From: Marsupella aquatica
Taxonomy: Eukaryota > Plantae > Marchantiophyta
Reading direction: 5' to 3'
DNA: 64,000 bases
Assembly: GCA_973895155.1 (NCBI GenBank)
Contig: OZ316895.1
Span: 18,113,880 to 18,177,879 of the forward strand
Part shown: positions 44,009 through 57,422 of the stretch, in pieces
Layout: each line of letters starts with the position of its first letter
Numbering within the stretch: position 1 is the first letter of the stretch
The notes under the pieces: model-generated
Seen by the model: only the letters and a program-made list of their open reading frames with translations
Told to the model about the DNA's origin: nothing
Databases searched by the model: none
Position numbers and translations under genes: made by a program

Positions 44009-45115
44009 TTACATGTAAGATCCAGTGTTAGAACTTCCCTCCATGGTTTGAGTAGTGCGGATGTCGTGTGTATCACCACCAGGACTACTGTTACTGTGCA
44101 AGGTGCTGTGCGTCGGAACTCCACTTCCGTGCATAGGAATTTCACTATGCTGGACGGGATCCGAACTAGCAGAATCGACGGGATTAGTCGCGTTCGTATC
44201 CTCCTCTCGAGCCCGCTCTCTAGCATCAGAAACTGCAGGAGTAGAGGTATTTCGATCGCCAAGCTCGGCAGGGATTCCTGGTGCATAGGCATTCCTGGCA
44301 GTCATACCGGTCGATTCCTCCTCCCGTGCCTCAGAAATTGGTTCTTGAACGTCCGATTGGGTCGGACTGATCCCTGACGTGGCAGCAGGAGCGGTTGTCC
44401 TCTGCTCACCCGTGGCGGTGGCGTGCTTGTCAGCCTTGTTGGTGTGCTTGTCAGCCTTCTTCTGATGCAAAGCAGTCTTTGTCTGCTCTTTCTCAGCTGC
44501 GTTATCAGTTTTCTTCTGCTCATACTCACGAAGAATCTCAGCCTGTTTGGTATGATAGTTTGCTTTCGCGTCGTGCTTGCCAGCCTTATTCGCTGCCTCC
44601 AACCTCTCAGCCTGCTCATAACAGAAAATGCGGTGGGTTAGTTTAAAAAACTAAGTGCGTCGCTGAACGACACGATCTTTCACAATGGCCCTAAAAACTT
44701 TTCGCAGGTGGATTCACTCAAATCACAAAAACTCCTGAATGCTTGAAAAAGCAAGATTTCAAAACGGTCAAATCCCTATGTATGTAAACTTCCTAGCTAA
44801 ACCGGAGGCAGAATCCTCGAACCTCCACTCACTCCCTCTAGCTGGTCCTACCTAAGAATTCTCCTTCTGTGTCACAAAGGAAGCAACCCTAGACGAAATT
44901 ACTAGTTCTGTATGGCGCGGGTTGGCAGACTCTCCAATATAGGACAATGACACAATTGAAGTATTCACAGGACAGATCAAACCATAAATCATGTCTCATA
45001 GGTTCACCTTTGCAGTCGCGGATGCTTTGTTCAAAGCCGTCATCTCCTCTACTTTGGCCCCCACGTTCTGCATTTTCTCCTTCACATCCGCCTGTGCGCT
45101 CTTGAAAGCCTTCAT
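44009..45115 (-). CDS. LEA_1 (group 4)-like late embryogenesis abundant protein, 236 aa; exons 45115..45008 and 44611..44009
   Basis: A phase-0 GT..AG intron joins MKAFKSAQADVKEKMQNVGAKVEEMTALNKASATAK to AERLEAANKAGK.... Helical A/K/E-rich N-terminus and a hydrophilic disordered tail. Confidence 0.75.
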
Positions 45116-45303
45116 GTTGACGAATTCCGGAAGACTGCACCACTTCAGGCTCAATTGAAATATCTGAAGTAGCAAACTCGCTTGACAGTTCAAAACTAGT
45201 CACTCGGATTCTTCCCCGAAAACGATTTGAATCGATAATCGAAGCCAACAATAACCTGATGCAAGCGCATTACTCGAAAATTGCTGAGACGCCGGATTCG
45301 TGC

Positions 45304-45445
45304 TATATTTATAGCTGCCAAACGTAAGTGATCGCCGAGACATAGAGTAAATTCCATTTCGTTCTTGGTTCATCCGTTCAGTCGATGAGACAAACTTGGA
45401 CGCCTAATTTCTTGACCAGAAGTTGACACGTAGCGACCACGTGTC
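45304..45445 (-). promoter_or_regulatory. LEA promoter: TATA box plus paired ABRE/G-box
   Basis: TATAAATATA at 45313..45304; GACACGT at 45425..45431; CCACGTGTC at 45437..45445. Confidence 0.7.
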
Positions 45446-45723
45446 ACTTAAATGCCAACAAGGCTTCTTTCGATAGCTTGCTAATTATGGAATAGCCTGC
45501 CAGCACCAAAACTGGGACCGTGAGGAGCATAATTTTGATTTTTGAAGGTTCTCTTTTAGCCAGGGTGGCTAATGTTGAGGAATTTGCTTGGGAGTACCCC
45601 TAGAGATATGCTTAGTAGACCCCCTTCTGTAAAAAGTTTGCTTAATCAACCCCCTCTATATTGTTCCCCAATCTGGACCGTTGATGGACCTTTCGGTCTC
45701 AGATCTGGACCGGTGATAGACCT

Positions 45724-46066
45724 TGTTGAGCATAGAGGACAATTGCAACGGCAAGCCCATAAACCATCCAACACACAAGAGTCGACACAGAGAGATACGT
45801 GGTTCATCTTCAGATGAGACTACGTCCATGGAACACACAAGAGCTTTACTGCACTCTAGGCCGACCGGGCATACCAAAATCCACAGCACAAGCTCTCCCT
45901 CTCTCTCAACTAGCTCCATAACAACGAGCCTAAGTTCCCCCTCTCCAAGCAAACACCGCTTGGTTATAGAGTGTACACAACATGACTAACCTAACCAAGT
46001 CTGCGACTAAAGTTAGCCTTAACTACGGTACAATCATAACTCTAGACATAAGAGTAAATCCTAACA
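45724..46066 (-). repeat. Copia A 3' LTR
   Basis: TG...CA termini; matches 58317..58662. Confidence 0.92.
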
Positions 46067-46464
46067 ATCTCCCCCCTGACTCTGGTCTAGGGGAGGGTAA
46101 AGACTGCTACCAATATGATTGCTCAGCGGGAAGTTTTGGAAGCAAAAACCAAACCGGTTTTTGCCTCTTTATACGAGAGTAGACCAGAACTAAGCCGTAG
46201 CCTATATGTACAAGGAATGAGCAACGGGATGAGCAAAAGCATATCTCAATATCTACACAAATGTTAAGTAACCCTACTTGTGAGAAAACCTGCAACACAT
46301 CACGGTGTCTAAAAAAAATCTCCAAAGGAATCACTTTGGTAAAAGCATTAGCCGGGTTGAGTTTACCGTCAATCTTGACTATAGCTCAAACATATTATCG
46401 GACACAGCCTGCTTGATAAAATGGTACCTAACGTCAATGTGCTTCACTCTGCTGTCCATCACCT

Positions 46465-46757
46465 TGTTAGGTATTGCTTTTAGTCTTGTGACTCTTGAGC
46501 TAACCACAGTTAGGCTAACTCAGGTTAGTACTTAGCTAAGGTTAGCGGTAGTGCTGTTGTGTATATAGCCAGGGTTGGTGCTAGTCCCTGGTGGATCTTG
46601 AGTTCATTGTTGGAGTTGGGCAAGAGAGAAGTAAAGGTCTCTTGCTTTCCCGTGGACGTAGCCTCGGTCATGAGGTGAACCACGTACTCGCTGTGTCGAC
46701 TACTTTGTATGGTGTTCACATGTGCATGGTGTCTCGGGAGAGGGATTATCCCCGTCA
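46465..46757 (+). repeat. Copia B 5' LTR
   Basis: TGTTAGG...CCCCGTCA followed by the PBS. Confidence 0.92.
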
Positions 46758-48455
46758 AGTGGTATCAGAGCATGCCTGGGAGGTGACATCGTGGTGACAA
46801 GAGTTTTCTTGTGTAATCAACGGTCTGAAGATCTCGGGGGGGTTTAGTCGCATGAAACTTGTTTGAGGGGGACTCATCGGATAGATCGTTGTGAGGGCTT
46901 TCTAACAGCGATTAGAAATCATCAATCGGATTTCTGAGTGAGAAGTAATCGCGGAAATTGTTTTTTTGTGGAGTTTTCGTGTTCAACGGTTTTTTTTTTG
47001 TGGGAGAGACCAGAGTTCATTTTTGCAACGATGTGAGCTGTGCGGTGCGGAAGGCTTTGCATGTTATAGCTCAAGTTGAAGGTTGAGGTGAGCTGGTTGT
47101 TTCGGTACCTGGTTTGCTGGCGTTTGTGGAGCAAGTGCGTCGTGACGAGTGAAAGTTGAGCTCTGGTTTTTTGACAAGCTATGGTGCTTATTTTTCCCTG
47201 AACCGGATTACTCGTCGTGACGCTTGACTTGGAGGAAGAAACGCCAAGTGTTGAGGCTCAACGGAGAGATCGTGGTGAGACGATCATTTTGAGTCCAAGA
47301 TTGGCTCTTGATGCGGAGAGAGTAAGACGCGGCGGAGGTTTTTTCTTCTCTGGTGGAGCTGCAGCCATGCCGATAAAATTTGGCAATATTTTCATGTCGG
47401 CGGTCATCACTTTTCTCATTGGAAACCGAAGCGGAGACGACTGAGGTTTGTAACACGACCTTTGTGTCATTTTTTGGCACATTTTAAGGTAAGTTTAGAG
47501 CATTTTTTTGCCCCCATATGGCCCGTATACCTTCAAATCCCGACAAACCTACTTCGCCATACGCCCCGGCCTCCCACACCCCTATAAGCGTGAAAACGTG
47601 CATTTTTTGGTGCAAATACGGCCAAAAATGCCCTTATATGGCCCAAATACGCGCGTTTGACCCCTTTTTCACATGTTTTCACATGTTTTGTCGTTTTTAC
47701 GCGATTCTGGCCACGAACACGTGCACTTTTTCCAGGGGCTTTAAGACCCCTTTAAAGTGCTTTTTTCTGAAAGAAAAAAATTCTCTCCTCCTCCTCATTG
47801 GTTGTGCCACATCCCGGGCCTGTGACCCTCCGTTTTAACCGCTTGGACAGGAGGAACGGCCCCCTGTGAGCCTGCTATATTGTGCGGGGAATATTCTGAG
47901 AAAATAGAGAATGTGTTTTCGGCCGTACGACCAAAATTGGTATTGGGAAATAATAACTTTTTCCATTTGTTTTCGGGGAGGTGGTAGCTATTCAAGTTAG
48001 CTACACGGTGCAGCACTCCATTTGCGGTTCCAACATCGATTGCCCATTCACATTTTGGAGATTCTCAGAGGTCGTCAAAATGGGGTAGTTTTCCATGGTT
48101 TTACCCACCCTGACCAAAATCTGAATAACTTTTTTGTCAAAGTTTGTTTTTGATTTTTGTTTTCAATTTTGGACTCCTAGCTACGTGGGCTACGCGGCGG
48201 TGTTGAGTTCTGAGTTTTATGAGAAGTTTCAAAAAAATACATTTTTTTGTGATTTTCTCATATGAGTGACTCGGAGTATATTGGAAGAATCGACGTCGGT
48301 GGAGCTTTAGTTTTGCGACGGTCAGACGGAGAGTCTGAGTAGGAGCTAGTACCGTTGAGGAGGAACAAGTATCACCGGTACAATCACCGGTGCGACGTGT
48401 AGTGGAGGAAGCTGTTCTACTACCAGAGTTGTCGATAGTTGGGAAGAAGAGAGAG

Positions 48456-51417
48456 ATGGCAAGATTTGGAGGAGTGAAGTTTGAGGTGGAGAAGTACAAC
48501 AGCCGTACTTATTACTTGCTATGGGAGAAGCAAGTAAAGGGTGTTCTTTGTGTCATGGGCCTAGATCATCTGCTCTCTACATGAGAGCAGTATGATGGTG
48601 AGGAGAAGATTTCTATGAAGCAATGGAGACAGGAGCAGGTGATTGCTATCAATGCGGTGATGCTTTACCTCAAGCCACATATCATCAAGAAGCTGGATGA
48701 TTATGCGGATTGCGCATCACTCTTCGAGGCCCTCAAAGAGAAGTACTACCGGGAAGATGCATCAGATTGGCTGTACAAGAAGTCTCTCTTGATGAGCCTC
48801 AGGCTCAAGGAAGGGAACAAGCTGTAGGATCACCTGGATGAGTTTGACAGCCTGGCGGTGGATCTGTCAAACCTGGGTAAGGGAGTTGAAGATGAGGATA
48901 AGGCTTTGCTTCTGCTAAGCTCCTTACCGCCATCTTATTAGGGCTTGAAACAAGTGCTCTTGTACAGAGATCTTAAGTCCATTTTGTATGATGAGGTGGT
49001 GAGCTCTCTACTGTCTGATGATGCTCAGAAGAAGCTAGGTCTAGCACAAATAGCATCTTCTTCTGGTACTGCGTTGAACGTGAATTGTGGAAGACCAGCG
49101 CAGCGCATGAATGGGCAAAATAGATTAAGATCTACGTCAAGGGGGAGATCTAAATCCAGAGGAAAATTGCAAGAGAGGAAGCCTCTTGCACGTTAGGAAT
49201 GTGGCAAGTCAGGCCACATGAAGAGAGATTGTCGGGTAAAGGACTCTACCCCGTCAGCTAATGCGGCATCCAACGCACATGAGGTAGATTTACTTGATGA
49301 TGATATTTTGTGATGCCATTACTTTGCCCTCAACGTAGTATCATATCAGGGAGAGGATGGTTGGATACTAGATAGTGCTTGTACCTTTCACATTTGCTAT
49401 AGGAGAGAATTTTTCAGTTCTTACACGGTTTCCAACGGTTCAGTGTTGATGGGAAATGGAATCCCATGCCAAGTACTTGGACTTGGATCTGTGAGATTAC
49501 AGATGTTTGATGGTGTTGTAAGAACAGTGCGGAATGTGAGACATATTCCTGGCATGATGAAAAATCTCATTTCACTTGGAATGTTATAAGCAAATGGCCT
49601 TCAATGGAGTTTTGCTAATGGTGTCCTTCAGGTTTCAACCGGTACTAAGGTTGTGTTGAAGGGAAAGAGGCACAAAATTTTGCATGTTTTGGAAGGCAAA
49701 GTAGTATGGGATGAAGCCAATGTAATCTTATTTCATGAGGAGACGGCCCGGCTGTGGCACTTCTGACTAGGTCACATGAGTGAAAAAGGTTTGGCTGTAC
49801 TTCTGAAAAGAGGTTTGATTTCTAATTTGCAGTTTAGTAAGTTAGATTTCTGTGAGCATTGTGTGCTTGGGAAGTAGCATAGAAAACCCTTTGGAGTTGG
49901 AACTCACACCAGCAAGGAGGCACTTGAGTATGTACATAGTGATGTGTGGGGACCAGCCCCTACTCCCGGGGTAGCGAGGATCATCAGTTATCAGTTTTGC
50001 CGCCTTGAAATTTCTGAATCTTAGCTGAGCAGTTGAGATAGGGCCTTTGCATTTTTGCGCATCTCAGTTGGGGCAGCTGAGATTGACTCAATCTCAGCTG
50101 ACCTCGCCCAGATGGGCGTAAGGACAAAAAAAATGGAAAAAATAATAATTTGAAAAATTCCAACAAAAAAAATTCCAACAAAAAAATTTGGCAAAATTTG
50201 GCGTCCGTACCATACGGACATCGAACTATCTCGGCGGGTCTCGTCGAGATGTGGTATCCGTACGGTACGGACACCCAACAGTGGAAAAAAATCTCATTTT
50301 TTTTCTCCATCAAATTTTTTTTGCGCATTTTTTTTGGCGCCTCAACTTGGCGGCCTCTCTGAGATGACGTGGCGAATGATTAGGTCGACTGATGAAAAAC
50401 ACTGATAACTGATGATGTAGCTTTACTCCCTTACTCCTTCTGTCACACTTTGGACGGTTATACTATGTCACGTTCATAGATGATTACTCAAGGTATGTGT
50501 GGATCTACTTTCTCCACAACAAGTATGATGTTTTTGCCACTTTTAAGGAGTGGAAAGCCCAAGTTGAGAATCAGACTGGTAACAAGGTGAGATATCTTTG
50601 ATCGGATAATGGCAGTGAATACGGTTCTGGGGAATTTGGAACGTATTGTAGGAGCAAGGGATTACACGCCATCTCACAACAAGTTAAGTACCTCAGCAAA
50701 ATGGTGTTTTTGAAAGACTCAACCGAACACTATTGGAATGCTCTAGGAGTATGTTGAGTCAATCATGCTTACCACATGAGTTTTGGGCTGAAGTTGTCAA
50801 CACTGCATCTTATTTGGTAAATTTCTCTCCATGCCATTTGAAATGAGGTACGGGCGTCCAACAAATTACTCACATTTGAGGATTTTTGGATGTGATGCTT
50901 ATGTGCTTACACCTTCCCAGTTTCAATCCAAGTTGGAGTCCAAGTCGAAGAAGTGCATTTTCCTTGGCTATCAGAAAGGTGTGAAGGGTTATGGGATCCA
51001 GTAACCTGTAAGTTAATTGTCAGTAGAGATGTGTCCTTTAATGAATATCATCAAAGGAGGGGGAGAATTTTCATGACTTCCATACTGACAAGGGGAAATC
51101 TCTCATCCCGGACCGGGTTGAGGGGGAGATTAGTCATGATGATGTTCATGACAGAAGAGATGAAGAAGCTCCGCGCATGGAGCTGGTTCCTGTGATGGAA
51201 CAAGAGGAGCAGATTGTTGTTGGGGTACCTCAAATTCAGCCAATAACAGCAACAGATCAGCCTGAATCATCTACTAGAAGAACTTTCAATTGTTCTACTA
51301 GAGCTCCTACCAGGTATGGTCAATGGGCATACTCATCTAAGTTGGATGATATTGATATTGCACCTAATGATGATGATATGGCTTTGATCTTGGAAGAAGG
51401 AGAGTCTTCTTCGTACA
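48456..51417 (+). pseudogene. Copia B gag-protease-integrase, disrupted
   Basis: KFEVEKYN, LLLLSSLP, CGKSGHMKRDC, WILDSACTFH and VHSDVWGP fragments with stops and frameshifts. Confidence 0.85.
49967..50428. mobile_element. Mutator-like MITE in the Copia B integrase
   Basis: Subterminal inverted ATCATCAGTTATCAGT; 9-bp flanks CCCTACTCC and CCTTACTCC. Confidence 0.7.
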
Positions 51418-52971
51418 GTGAGGCTTGTGCTTCATAGCAAAAGCATGAGTGGAATGCAACAATGTAGAGGGAGTTGCAATCTTTTGAGTGACAACAAGAC
51501 ATGGGAGCTAGTGGAGCTTCCAAGAGGTCAGCAAGTGGTGGACAGCAAGTGGATTTACAAGTTGAAGGATAGTCCTTCAGAGGGTGGAGACAAGATCTAC
51601 AAGGCAAGGCTTGTTGCCAAGGGATTCACTCAAGAGAAAGGAGTGGATTACAATGAGGTCTTTTCACCGGTGGCTAAGTATTCCACAATTCGGATCTTGT
51701 GTCAACTTGTTATGTTTTTTGGTCTGGTGATGGATCAGATGGACGTTGTTACTGCTTTTCTCTATGGCAACTTGGAAGAGATGATCTTCATGAGACAGCC
51801 AATAGGCTTTATGAAGAAGGGCCAAGAGAACTTAGTTTGCAGATTACTCAAGTCCTTGTATGGATTGAAGCAAGCTCCTAGACAATGGAACAAGCGATTT
51901 GATGATTTCATGCTTGCTCAAGGTTTTACAAGGATGGTGTATGATCCTTGTGTGTATACAAAATCAGTCAAGAATGATGTGTTTGGTTTTATCATTTTGG
52001 TTCTCTATGTGGATGACATGCTAATTGTGGCTAAAGATCAATCTGAGGTTGACAGACTCAAGGCAAAATTGAGTTCTGAATTCAGGATGAAGGATCTTGG
52101 TAAGGCCAAGAGGATCTTAGGGATGAAGATTTTTAGGAACTCTGATACTGGACAGTTGTGCTTGAATCAAGGCAAGTATGTCAGGAAGGTACTTGCACGA
52201 TTCAACATGGAGGATTGTAAGCCAGTAAGTATTCCTTTAGCTTCACATTTCAAATTATCATCGGCTTTCTCTCCTACGGATGTTGTGGAGAAAGGTTTGA
52301 TGGCTAAGATTCCTTATGAGAAGGCAGTAGGCAGTCTGATGTATTTGATGACTTGTACTAGGCCTGACTTGGCCCTAGCAATGGGCAAGGTTAGCAGATT
52401 CATGTCAAATCCAGGAAAGGTACATTGGGAAGCTGTGAAATGGATTCTCAGGTATCTGAAGGGAACACAGGACTATGGATTACTATTTGATGCCAGATCA
52501 GATAGAACATTGGTTGGCTATGTAAATTCTGACTATGGAGGTTGTCTAGATACAAGAAGATCTACAACTGGGTATGTATTTACTCTTGGAGGATGTATCA
52601 GTTGGAAATCTACCTTGCAAAAGTGTATCTCTCAGTCTACTACAGAAGCAGAGTATGTTGCAGCAGCAGAAGCGACAAAGGAAGCAATTTGGTTGGATAG
52701 GTTGATCACGAAGATGGGTTTAGAACATGACAAAATGTCTCTAAACTGTGATAGTCAGAGTGCTCTTCACTTGGCTGCTCACCAGGTTATGGATAGCAAG
52801 GTGAAGCACATTGATATCAGGTACCATTTTATCAGGCAAGCAATGTCTGATAAAACTTTTGAGCTAGTCAAGATTAATGGAAAGCTCAATCTCGCTGATG
52901 CTTTTACCAAAGTGATTCCTTTGGAGAGTTTCTCAAGACACCGTGCTACTTTGCAGGTTTTGCAGTTGTAG
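51418..52971 (+). CDS. pol: Copia B reverse transcriptase-RNase H (open segment)
   Basis: YKARLVAKGFTQ, QMDVVTAFL, LYGLKQAPRQW, LYVDDML, STTEAEY, KHIDIRYHF. Confidence 0.9.
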   Translation: MRLVLHSKSMSGMQQCRGSCNLLSDNKTWELVELPRGQQVVDSKWIYKLKDSPSEGGDKIYKARLVAKGFTQEKGVDYNEVFSPVAKYSTIRILCQLVMFFGLVMDQMDVVTAFLYGNLEEMIFMRQPIGFMKKGQENLVCRLLKSLYGLKQAPRQWNKRFDDFMLAQGFTRMVYDPCVYTKSVKNDVFGFIILVLYVDDMLIVAKDQSEVDRLKAKLSSEFRMKDLGKAKRILGMKIFRNSDTGQLCLNQGKYVRKVLARFNMEDCKPVSIPLASHFKLSSAFSPTDVVEKGLMAKIPYEKAVGSLMYLMTCTRPDLALAMGKVSRFMSNPGKVHWEAVKWILRYLKGTQDYGLLFDARSDRTLVGYVNSDYGGCLDTRRSTTGYVFTLGGCISWKSTLQKCISQSTTEAEYVAAAEATKEAIWLDRLITKMGLEHDKMSLNCDSQSALHLAAHQVMDSKVKHIDIRYHFIRQAMSDKTFELVKINGKLNLADAFTKVIPLESFSRHRATLQVLQL

Positions 52972-53168
52972 GGCAAGTAGAGTTACTTAGCAAGGTTGTG
53001 ACTATTTGTATATGGATTACTCATTCCAGTTTGGCTACGGCTTAGTTCTAGTTAACCCTTGTGGTTTTTAGGGGGAGACTTGTTTAGGTGATTGTCTAGA
53101 ACTTCTTGCTGAGGATTCCATATGGTAGCAATTAGTCCAGTCCCAAAGACAAGAGTCAAGGGGAAGTT

Positions 53169-53461
53169 TGTTAGGTATTGCTCTTAGTCTTGTGACTCTT
53201 GAGCTAACCACACTTAGGCTAACTCAGGTTAGTACTTAGCTAAGGTTAGCGGTAGTGCTGTTGTGTATATAGCCAGGGCTGGTGCTAGCCCCTGATGGAT
53301 CTTCACTTCATTGTTGGAGTTGGGCAAGAGAGAAGTAAAGGTCTCTTGCTTTCCCGTGGACATAGCCTCGGTAATGAGGTGAACCACGTACTCGCTGTGT
53401 CGACTACTTTGTATCGTGTTCATATGTGCATGGTGTCTCGGGATAGGGATTATCCCCGTCA
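53169..53461 (+). repeat. Copia B 3' LTR
   Basis: Matches 46465..46757 and is followed by the TSD CACCT. Confidence 0.92.
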
Positions 53462-53466
53462 CACCT

Positions 53467-56400
53467 GGTTCATAGCAAGGTGGAGTGCACTCTCACTATC
53501 ACAATGAAGCTTCACATTCCCCTGTGGCAATCCCATCTCAATGATCAGTCTATCCAACCAAATCACTTCCTTTGCTGCTTCCGCTGTTGCAACATACTAT
53601 GCTTCTGTAGTAGACTGAGCAATACACTTCTACAAAGTAGACCTTCAACTTATGCATCCACCGCCAAGTGTGAACACATAACCTGTTGTTGACCTCGTCT
53701 GATCCAGATCCTGTGCATAGTCAGCATCTACATAGCCCGGCCATCAATGATCTAGCATTATCAGCATGTGCATAAAAAAATAGACCATGATCCACGATAC
53801 CCTTCAAGTACCGAATAATCCACTTCATTGTTTCCCAGTGTACCTTCCCTGGATTCAACATGTACCTGCTCACCTTGCCCATAGCCATGGCAAGATCAGG
53901 TCTAGTGCAAGTCATCAAATACATGAGACTCCCCACTGCCTTGTCATAAGGAACCTTTGACATCAACCCCTTCTCTGTCTAATCCGTAGGATAGAAAGCT
54001 GATGACAACTTCAAATGTGGAGCCAACAGGGTACTTACTAGCTTGCTATCCCCAATGTTGAACCTTGTAATTACCTTCCTCGCATAATTGCTCTGCGTCA
54101 ACCATAGCTTGCCAGCCTCCAAGTCACTAGTAATCTCCATACCCAAAATCCTATTAGCTGGCCCTAAATCTTTCATCTTAAACTTTGCACTAAGTAGTGC
54201 CTTGAGCTTAACAATCTCAGACCTATCCTTGGCCGCAATAAGCATGTCATCCACATAAAGTACTAAAATAATGAACCCAAAAACAACATTCTTCATCGGT
54301 TTAAGATACACACAAGGGTCAAACACACTCCTATGAAAGCCTTGTGCATGAATCCAATCATCAAACCGCTTATTCCATTGTCTTGGTGACTGCTTCAACC
54401 CGTACAAGAATCTCAGCAATCTGCAAACTAAATTCTCTTGCCCTCTCTTCACAAAACCTAGCAGCTGTCTCATGAAGATCACCTCTTCCAAGGTGCCATA
54501 GAGGAAAGTTGCACGCAACATCCATCTAATCTAGTAGTAGACCAAACATAACAACAAGCACACACAATAGCCGTATTGTAGAGTACTTAGCAACTGGTGA
54601 GAAGACCTCATTGTAATCCATATCTTTTTCTTGTGTGAATTCTTTGGCTACCATCCTAGCCTTGTAGACCTTCGATCTACCTCTTGTGGATTGATCCTTG
54701 TATATCCACTTGCTGTCCCTCAGACAGCTTGACAAGCTCCCAAGTTTTATTGTCCTTCAGTGACTGCATTTCCGTTTGCATTGCTATGTCCACTCGTGCT
54801 TCTCTTTAGAAGCACTTGCCTCATGAAATGAAGAAGGTTCCCCTTCTTCCAAAATCAACGCATCACCCTCATCATCAGTAACAAAATTTTCCTCTTGCAA
54901 CTGAGATGAATCAACCCACTGTCCATACCTTGGTGGAGCGCGTACAGTGCAGCCAACCAGATGTTCTTCTAGCCGGTGACTCCGGTTGATCTGTGTGTGT
55001 TGGTACAATTTGAAGCTCAGCAACATCCACTTGTTGCTCACCAGCATCAACAAACTCCTCTGGTTCCTCTGGCGTAGGAACCAACTCCATAATTGGAGCA
55101 ACTCCTTCTCTCCGGTCATGCACCTCATGACCAATCTCCCCCTCAACGAGATTTGAGATAGGAAATTTTCCTTTGTCAGTACGGGAGACCTGAGTATTCT
55201 CCCCCTCCTTCAATAATCTAGATTCATGAAGGAAACATCCCTACTGACAACTAGCTTACAAGCAATAGGATCCCATAGCCTATAGGCCTTCACACCACTC
55301 TGCTACCCAAGAAAAACACATTTCTTGGAGGTAGGATCTAACTTGGTCCTATTCTACTTTGGTGTGAGAGCATATGCATCACTTCCAAAAACTACCAAGC
55401 CATGATAGTCTGCTTGCCGCTTATAGCGCATCTCAAACGGCGTTTTGAAACTAATAGCACTAGAAGGAGAAAGATTTATTAAATAAACTGCGGCATTGAC
55501 AGCTTTTGCCCAAAATTCCTGTGGTAAACCTAATTGGCTCAACATACTTCGTGACCGCTCCAATAGTGTCTGATTGAGCCTCTCAACGACACCATTTTAC
55601 TGTGGAGTATAAATTGTGGTGAGATGGTGAGTTATCCCCTGTTCTGAACAGTACTCTTCAAATCCCACTAAAGTGTACTCCCCGCCGTTGTCTGACCTCA
55701 GACTCTTCACCCCTGTATGCAAATCAGAAATGATATCATTCTTTCGCAAGATAGCCAAACCCTTCTCACTCATGTGGCCTAGTCGTGAATGCCACAATTG
55801 AGTCATCTCCTTGTGAGACTTGGTTATATTGTCCTCTCCACATACAAATTCTTCTGTCTACTCCCCTTCAAAATCACTGTCTTTCTCGACCTACTTGAAG
55901 TTCACCATCAATAATGCTCCATTGATGACCATTTGAATCCAATACACTTAGTGAAATCAAATTCTTATGCATGCCAGGTACATACTTGACTCCAAATATT
56001 GTGCGCATAGTGCCATCAGACATTTGAATTTTCACATACCCAATGCCCTCAATTTGACAAGAGTGATCATTTCCCATCAGAACTGAACCGTTTGAAATAG
56101 AGTAAGAATTGAAAAACTCACGAATGTAACAAATGTGAAAAGAGCAAGCACAATCAAGAATCCACACATCATCTGCTCTCCTAGATGACGTGCACAAGGA
56201 TACCCTTGGCTTCATAACACATACTCATCATTGAGAAAATCAGCGTCTCCATCAACCCTAGCCACATTTGCCGATGAAGATTTAGCTGCCTCTTGGGGGG
56301 GGTCACTTCCACGGAAATGGCACATCATGTGCGACAAAGTATAGGCCCATTTAAATGGGTGTGGCGGAAGACTTCCAAAGTTTGGTGGAAGAACACATAG

Positions 56401-57422
56401 GGTATGTTTTATTGACCGGTTGACTTTAAAGAACACATAGGCCTATTTAATTGTAAAAAATACTTTCTTTAAAGTTTTTAGGAGTTTTTTTAGTAAAAAA
56501 TGACAAATTTAAAGAAAGAAAGGGTTTTGCAAAAAACAAATTCACTTATAAGTTAGGGGGGTCAAACTCTAAAACATCACACGTGATGTATGGCCCTCCA
56601 TATAGTGGCCCCCCCAAGAGCTGCCTTTCCCTTACAGTCTTGCTTGAAGTGTCCAACCTTGTTGCACTCCCAACATGTCACCTGCCTCCTCTCCGGGGAC
56701 TTGCGTCTGGACTTAGATCTGGATTTAGATCTAAATTAGGTTTTACGATCCCTAGTTGGCGGGCCAGTTGGTCGCTGCATACTCCTTCCACGGTTAACAT
56801 TGAGAGCAGCACCAGATGATGAAAGCTATGACGTGATCTGCATCTTCTGTTGAAGTTCATCAGTAAGCAGAGAACTCACCACCTCATTGTATGAGATGGT
56901 ATTCTTATCACGATGCAACAACACTTATGATAAGGACTGGTAAGATGGAGGCAATGAACTGAGAAGCTGTAGAGCCTTCTTCTCATCATTCAATTCCTCC
57001 CCAGGGTTTTCCAAGTCAACGACCATGTCGTTGAAAGCATCCACATGGTCCTGCAACTTTGTACCGGTTTCCTTCATCCTGAAACTCATAAGTTTGTAGA
57101 AAGTGTAGAGCCGATTTGACAACTTACTCCATGCGATGATACTTGTTCTGCAACTCCGCAAAGTAATAAGGACATACAATCCTTATGTGCACCCAATTGC
57201 TTGATGATGGGAGGCATGAGATAGAGTGTAACACACCACACTCCCTGCTCTTGCATTGTCCCATTGTTTTTCATCAACATCGCCTTCACAAGAGCTCAGC
57301 AGTTGGCCCATCCCCAAAGCATAGAGCACTCCCTTCACCTGCTTCTCCCAAAGCAAGTAGTCAGAGCGCCCATCATACTTTGAGACTTCATACTTGGGTC
57401 CCCCAAGCTTGAATGTACCCAT
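53467..57422 (-). pseudogene. Copia A gag-pol, disrupted; its RNase H tail continues at ~46280..46459
   Basis: KYEVSKYDG, WILDCACSFH, LRSDNGGEY, LYVDDML and YLMTCTRPDL fragments. Part of the integrase is deleted near 55712. Confidence 0.88.
56292..56618. mobile_element. hAT-like MITE in Copia A
   Basis: TIR CTTGGGGGGG(G)(T/C)CACT; exact 8-bp TSD AGCTGCCT at 56284..56291 and 56619..56626. Confidence 0.8.

Larger units (their letters stand above)
46465..53461 (+). mobile_element. Ty1/Copia element B, nested in the RNase H of element A
   Basis: 293-bp LTRs 46465..46757 and 53169..53461; TSD CACCT on both sides; PBS TGGTATCAGAGC 46760..46771; PPT ending at ~53166. Confidence 0.95.

Noticed and set aside
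44006-44377. 123-aa plus-strand ORF overlapping the LEA gene
   Set aside because: Antisense to a spliced gene that has its own promoter support; no recognisable motif.
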